From Candidatus Bathyarchaeia archaeon (GTDB lineage: Archaea; Thermoproteota; Bathyarchaeia; Bathyarchaeales; Bathycorpusculaceae), in NCBI GenBank assembly GCA_050010755.1, contig JBEKKK010000001.1, forward strand, positions 832,001-896,000: 64,000 nucleotides of DNA. The letters are read 5' to 3'. The notes below the pieces were generated by a model that was given only the letters and a program-made list of their open reading frames with translations, was not told where the DNA came from and searched no databases. Below, one piece after another: positions 59,756 through 64,000 of this stretch. Every line of letters starts with the position of its first letter. Position 1 is the stretch's first letter. Both the position numbers and the translations under genes were made by a program.

Positions 59756-60364
59756 ATGAGTTCAAAACTTGGGGAACAGAAAATCGGTCAGCTGGCCGTG
59801 CCAGGCGACCGTCTAGGTGTGATTGAGGAGTTCATTCCCGACGCTGGAACATACGTCAAAGACGGTGTAATCTATTCCAAGGTCATCGGTCGCATTCTCA
59901 TCGACTTGGTTCACAGACGTGTTTCAGTGCATCAGCTCATCGGCCCATCGAAGGTTCCTGCTCTGGGCAGTACAGTTCTGGCGCAGGTTTCGAACGCGCA
60001 GTCAGACACTGCGGGGGCACGCATATTTGAAATCGGCGGAGAAGAAATCAACGGTGTCTTCACGGGTATTCTGCATGTTTCCGACGTAGCGTTGAGGTAC
60101 GTGGACTCGATGTACGACGTGTGCAAGGCTGGCGACATCATAAGGGCCAAAGTCGTGAGCGAAAAAAACCGAACGTACCACCTGTCTACTAAAGACAAGA
60201 ACCTTGGCGTCGTCTACGCTTTCTGTTCCAACTGCGGCACGCTTCTTGAGCCCCGCCGCCAAGGCATGCACTGCCCCAAGTGTGGAAGGATTGAAAAACG
60301 GAAAACAGCGTCCGACTACGGAAAAGGCCTGATACATGGGAAAGAGGGTCTGGATGAAAGTTAA
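59756..60364 (+). CDS. csl4: Exosome RNA-binding subunit Csl4
   Basis: VPGDRLGVIEEF, S1 domain (GDIIRAKV) and CSNC/CPKC zinc ribbon. Confidence 0.92.
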   Translation: MSSKLGEQKIGQLAVPGDRLGVIEEFIPDAGTYVKDGVIYSKVIGRILIDLVHRRVSVHQLIGPSKVPALGSTVLAQVSNAQSDTAGARIFEIGGEEINGVFTGILHVSDVALRYVDSMYDVCKAGDIIRAKVVSEKNRTYHLSTKDKNLGVVYAFCSNCGTLLEPRRQGMHCPKCGRIEKRKTASDYGKGLIHGKEGLDES

Positions 60365-60638
60365 CGTGCTCAAAAAAACATCGAACGAGCTGCGAATAGA
60401 GATTGAAGGCACAGGTCACACCGTCTGTAACGTACTGCAGAAAAAAATCTTGGAACAAAAAGGCGTGGATCTAGCTGGCTACGACATACCGCATCCGCTT
60501 ACACCTAACGCAATAATCTACGTCCGCACGAAAGGCACAGTCAAGCCTGAACAGGTGCTGCGGGACGCGTTGGAAAGCGCGCGTGGGATGAACAAGGAAT
60601 TCAGCAAAGAACTCGTAAGAGCGCTCAAGGAAAAGTAA
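60354..60638 (+). CDS. rpoL: RNA polymerase subunit L (Rpo11)
   Basis: IEGTGHTVCNVL and AGYDIPHPL motifs. Confidence 0.92.
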   Translation: MKVNVLKKTSNELRIEIEGTGHTVCNVLQKKILEQKGVDLAGYDIPHPLTPNAIIYVRTKGTVKPEQVLRDALESARGMNKEFSKELVRALKEK

Positions 60639-61011
60639 CCCTCCTCCTAACCGTTGCTAACAGTTCGCTAACACCTTCAACCGCGTCCTCACTCTTCTTC
60701 ATTATCTTGACACTCTCATCCAATGTTAGACAACCGTTCAGCCACGCGTACACAATCAGCGCTTCAGCTGCATCCGCGAGAGCATGTCTCGACATTCTCG
60801 AGCCTAAATGATCCCTCAGCCCAGCCTTCCGTAGCGCCTCAGCAAGCACGCTTCCCTTGACTTTAACCCCTAGCGGTTTCTTCCTCTTAACCGACAGTGC
60901 GAGCGAGTACGCAAAGTTCACGTACGAGTCGCCCAAAGAAGCCAAGTCATGATCCGCCAATACTTCTGCAAGGCCTCCTCTGACCGTTCGAAATGAGAAC
61001 GCTCTGCCCAA
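60625..61011 (-). CDS. Archaeal ribonuclease III-like (Mini-III-like) protein
   Basis: LASLGDSYVNF and ADAAEALI RNase III signatures. Confidence 0.8.
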   Translation of the reverse strand: MGRAFSFRTVRGGLAEVLADHDLASLGDSYVNFAYSLALSVKRKKPLGVKVKGSVLAEALRKAGLRDHLGSRMSRHALADAAEALIVYAWLNGCLTLDESVKIMKKSEDAVEGVSELLATVRRRVTFP

Positions 61012-61097
61012 TGCTCAACCCCTCCTTGGCCGTTACTATTGATCAAGCTTATAATTGCTGTCTCTTACTCTTGTCTTGGAGCTAATGGGGAAAAGGT

Positions 61098-61694
61098 TTG
61101 TCGGTAAAGAAATTTCGCACAATTAAACCTGAAATCCGCGTCTTAGGAGTCGATGATGGACCGTTCACTCCTCACAGGGGTTACGCTCCCATTGTTGGCG
61201 TCGTCTTCCGCGGCGGCTACTGGCTCGACGGAGTGTTGAGCACCAGAATCAAAGTAGATGATTTCGACGCCACGGATAAGATATCCTCTATGATTGTTGA
61301 ATCTGCGCACTACCGCCAGGTTAGAGTCATTATGCTCGACGGCGTCACGTTCGGCGGCTTCAACATCGTCAACATAAAAGAACTCAATGCCCTCACAAAA
61401 CTGCCCGTCATAGTCGTGACGCGCGACAAACCTGACTTCAGCGAAATTCATGCAGCGTTGAGGCATCTGCCGAGGAGCGCGGAACGCTGGGCAGCTGTTC
61501 AGGATGCTGGGCAAATTTTCGAGGTGCAGACTGGAAGCAGAGGCGAAAGAGTGTACTTGGAAATCTGCGGTATTCAGGAAAGTGATGCGCGAAGGATTGT
61601 CCAGTTGACCTCCACGCGGAGCAACATTCCAGAGGCCCTGCGCGTCGCGCATCTTGTCGCTTCTGGTGCCTGCCAGTTTAACTTGAATATTTAG
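61098..61694 (+). CDS. DUF99 / endonuclease dU (EndoV-like)
   Basis: LGVDDGPF, MLDGVTFGGFN and PEALRVAHLVA motifs. Confidence 0.88.
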   Translation: MSVKKFRTIKPEIRVLGVDDGPFTPHRGYAPIVGVVFRGGYWLDGVLSTRIKVDDFDATDKISSMIVESAHYRQVRVIMLDGVTFGGFNIVNIKELNALTKLPVIVVTRDKPDFSEIHAALRHLPRSAERWAAVQDAGQIFEVQTGSRGERVYLEICGIQESDARRIVQLTSTRSNIPEALRVAHLVASGACQFNLNI

Positions 61695-61760
61695 CTGAAC
61701 ATAAGAAAGTTTAAAAGAGACTTTGCTAAGGCTAAAGAAACGAAAGACGGAGAAAGACTC

Positions 61761-62114
61761 ATGGAATTTTGCCCAAAATGCGGTTCTCGCCTTGAGGCTA
61801 AGAAAGGAAAAAGCGGCGAAGAAAAGACCTTAGTGTTGATCTGTGGAAAGTGCGGCTACAAAAAACCGGCTGCAACGAAGAAAATCGAACCCAAAGTCGC
61901 CAAGGTTTTCCAACATAAGCCAACGCAGCTCGTGGCAGTGATAGGGAAAGAGGAACAGAAATTGAGAACCCTACCCACCGTGAGGATGGAGTGCCCGAAA
62001 TGCGGAAACAATGTGGCCTACGTGTGGCAAGTGCAAACAAGAGGAGCAGACGAATCCTCAACACAGTTTCTACGTTGCACAAAATGCAGCTACACTTTCC
62101 GAGAATACTCGTAG
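61761..62114 (+). CDS. tfs: Transcription elongation/cleavage factor TFS
   Basis: MEFCPKCG and QTRGADE...CTKC, with the acidic pair intact. Confidence 0.93.
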   Translation: MEFCPKCGSRLEAKKGKSGEEKTLVLICGKCGYKKPAATKKIEPKVAKVFQHKPTQLVAVIGKEEQKLRTLPTVRMECPKCGNNVAYVWQVQTRGADESSTQFLRCTKCSYTFREYS

Positions 62115-62238
62115 ACTTTCAGACTTTCGAGAACATTCTAAACTTCCTCTTCGAATTCAGAAATGGAGGATGCTCTCAATCGATTCTGGTGACCCTGATT
62201 AGAGCTTTGAACTTGACGGCGTCAAACACGAATCTTAT

Positions 62239-63576
62239 TCAGCTAAAGCAAATATCGTCGGCGGAGCTTAGAGCATTATCGCCAAGTTCAACTACATTTG
62301 CGATGTCGATGGCGCGCTTGGGCGATCCCTTTTTTCTTCTGCTTCTGACAAGAGCTGCGAACATTAAGATGAGCAAAGCCAAAACTGTTGCGAGAACCAC
62401 TTTCACGGCAAGAGGAACGTACTGTGGCGGGCTTTCGACCGTTACAGTTAACGTTTCAGAACTGCTGAGGTCATTGCTGTCTGTGACCTTAATCGCCATT
62501 TGATAAGTTCCTTCTTTGTTGTAGGAGTGTGACACAACGGCCCCTGTTCCATTGGTGCCGTCACCGAAGCTCCACTCATATGACACTATTGTTCCATAGC
62601 CGAAAGATTTGCTCGCATCGAAAATGGCGTTTTCTCCAGTGTAGATGTTCTGGGGCAGATTCAGGTTGATTTCAGGCGCAAACCCGAAGATGTCAGTGCC
62701 AAACAAGTTAACAGTGTGAAAGCCTTCTGGGATGAGGGCGTAAACAAATGATTGATTGGTTAGGTCAGCTTCAACGATGTCGATTGCTCGGTTGTCTACA
62801 GTAACATTGTATGGATTTTTGAGAAAATTTTGAGGTAGCGTGAAATCTGCAAAGCTTGTCGTTCCAGTAGGCACGGTTAGGTTTAGACTAATCTGCTTCT
62901 GTGAATAGTTGAGCTCGTACCCAGTGATTGAGGCGTTTGTGAACGCTTCCGAGCTAAACGTTAGGTTTCCAAGCGCAAAATCCAACTCTTGAAGAGGAGG
63001 CGTTATCGATGGCAGAACAGTCAGGCCGGGTCTGACTGCGTCGTCGGAATATCCGCTGCTCTCCCACGTTCCTTTGTAATCATAATTCACCACTTCAATC
63101 GCATCCACTTCGGCAACCCATTTGTAACCCCAATTGTTTGGAACGATGAGGCGTGGCAAAGGTTCAATCTCGCTAGCGCTTGTTGTTCCATTGTCTGCCA
63201 CTGCAAGGATGGTTGTAGGCCTCAAGGCGTCTTCGACCAAAAGGTCTGATGAGTACCCATCCGAGCCGTACGTGATGACCTTGTAGGCACTGGCGTTAAT
63301 CTAGGCTAGGGTCAAGAGGTAGAAAAGGGGTATTCCCGTCCAGTTGCCGGTTACGTCTGGAAAACCATCCACACACTTCAATTCTGCCACTTCTGAAACC
63401 ATCGGAAAAGAAAGCAGTTCAGCATAGGTCAAGTTCAGAGGCCTGTTCACATCTCCGTAAATGCTGATAACTCCTGATGTTTGAAGTGCGTCAGCCCCGC
63501 TCTGCACGGGTAGGACGCTGATCAGAGCAACAGCCACTATCACGGCCATGCATATTATTCCAAGCTGCTTTCGCAT
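62239..63576 (-). pseudogene. Sulfite-oxidase-family molybdopterin-binding domain + PKD surface protein, interrupted by an in-frame TAG (63301-63303)
   Basis: The two ORFs share one frame: ...LKCVDG...WTGIPLFYLLTLA*INASAYKVITYGSDGYSSDL...PRLIVPNNWGYKWV. PKD motif (YEWSFGDG, HSY) and C-terminal TM follow. Confidence 0.8.
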
Positions 63577-63588
63577 TTCTTCAGCTCC

Positions 63589-63972
63589 TCATGGCGTTAG
63601 GTACTGCATTAGAACGAGCAAGGTCACCGTGAAGGCTCCCAAGAGAATCAAGAAAGCGTTCAGAAGATTGCCATCTTTTACACCCCAGCGAATCAGGGCT
63701 GATCTGAATGCAATCAGAATGTGAATCATCAGCAACGCCAAAGCCGGAAGAACCACCGCCGTGTGAACCTGCAGCGATGTATAACGATCGGCAAAAATAC
63801 CCCCGGTTAATTCGCTTATCACGACGGGGTTTACGATACCGTAGCCCGAGATGGCCAAAACTATGAACAAGACCAAAGTCGGCACTGCAAGCAAACGGTT
63901 GAAACTTTGCAAGCGATTCTTTTTTTCTTCTTCCAATACCCTTTGCCCTTTAATCACAGTATACAATGCCAC
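63589..63972 (-). CDS. Three-TM membrane protein with two His (DUF4405/cytochrome b-like)
   Basis: ISGYG, QVHT and MIHI in TM helices. Lies 12 nt upstream of the Moco-domain gene. Confidence 0.65.
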   Translation of the reverse strand: MALYTVIKGQRVLEEEKKNRLQSFNRLLAVPTLVLFIVLAISGYGIVNPVVISELTGGIFADRYTSLQVHTAVVLPALALLMIHILIAFRSALIRWGVKDGNLLNAFLILLGAFTVTLLVLMQYLTP

Positions 63973-64000
63973 AGATTAAAATCTTCGTGAGTACACTCAA

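Noticed and set aside
63301-63303. Genome-wide TAG recoding (pyrrolysine code)
   Set aside because: Many conserved genes in the window end at TAG at their expected length, and no pyl genes are in the window.
1-64000. CRISPR array, cas genes, integrase or transposase
   Set aside because: No regularly spaced repeats and no ORF with recognisable motifs of these families.

Overview
Archaeal chromosomal segment. Hel308, Csl4, RpoL, TFS, L10e, Dph2 and a BHB-intron tRNA establish the domain. The NosD/dockerin surface proteins and a two-intron tRNA suggest Bathyarchaeia (inference). 1-16.8 kb: surface-glycan locus with an ATP-grasp protein, HAD, DUF354, epimerase, a doubly frameshifted B12-radical SAM, a deacetylase-GNAT fusion, two GT2s, a nucleotide-sugar dehydrogenase, a LamG/NosD/dockerin protein and rmlACBD. 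17-20 kb: secreted proteins and a membrane-anchored wHTH regulator next to a repeat/palindrome operator. 20.4-23.7 kb: a translationally coupled four-gene Fe-S operon made of a catalytically degenerate IscS, an IscU, an intact SufS and a small single-Cys protein; this is the best candidate for an undescribed system. 23.8-34.8 kb: core genes, a ribophorin-I-like protein and tRNA-Arg(CCG) with two introns. 35-51 kb: accessory genes (radical SAM, GCS2, deacetylase-GT2 fusion, ABC exporter, small regulators). 51-62 kb: core genes. 62-64 kb: a Moco-domain surface protein broken by an in-frame TAG, plus a His-bearing membrane partner. No CRISPR array, integrase, transposase or rRNA was seen. All family calls come from motif recognition by eye, with no database searches.
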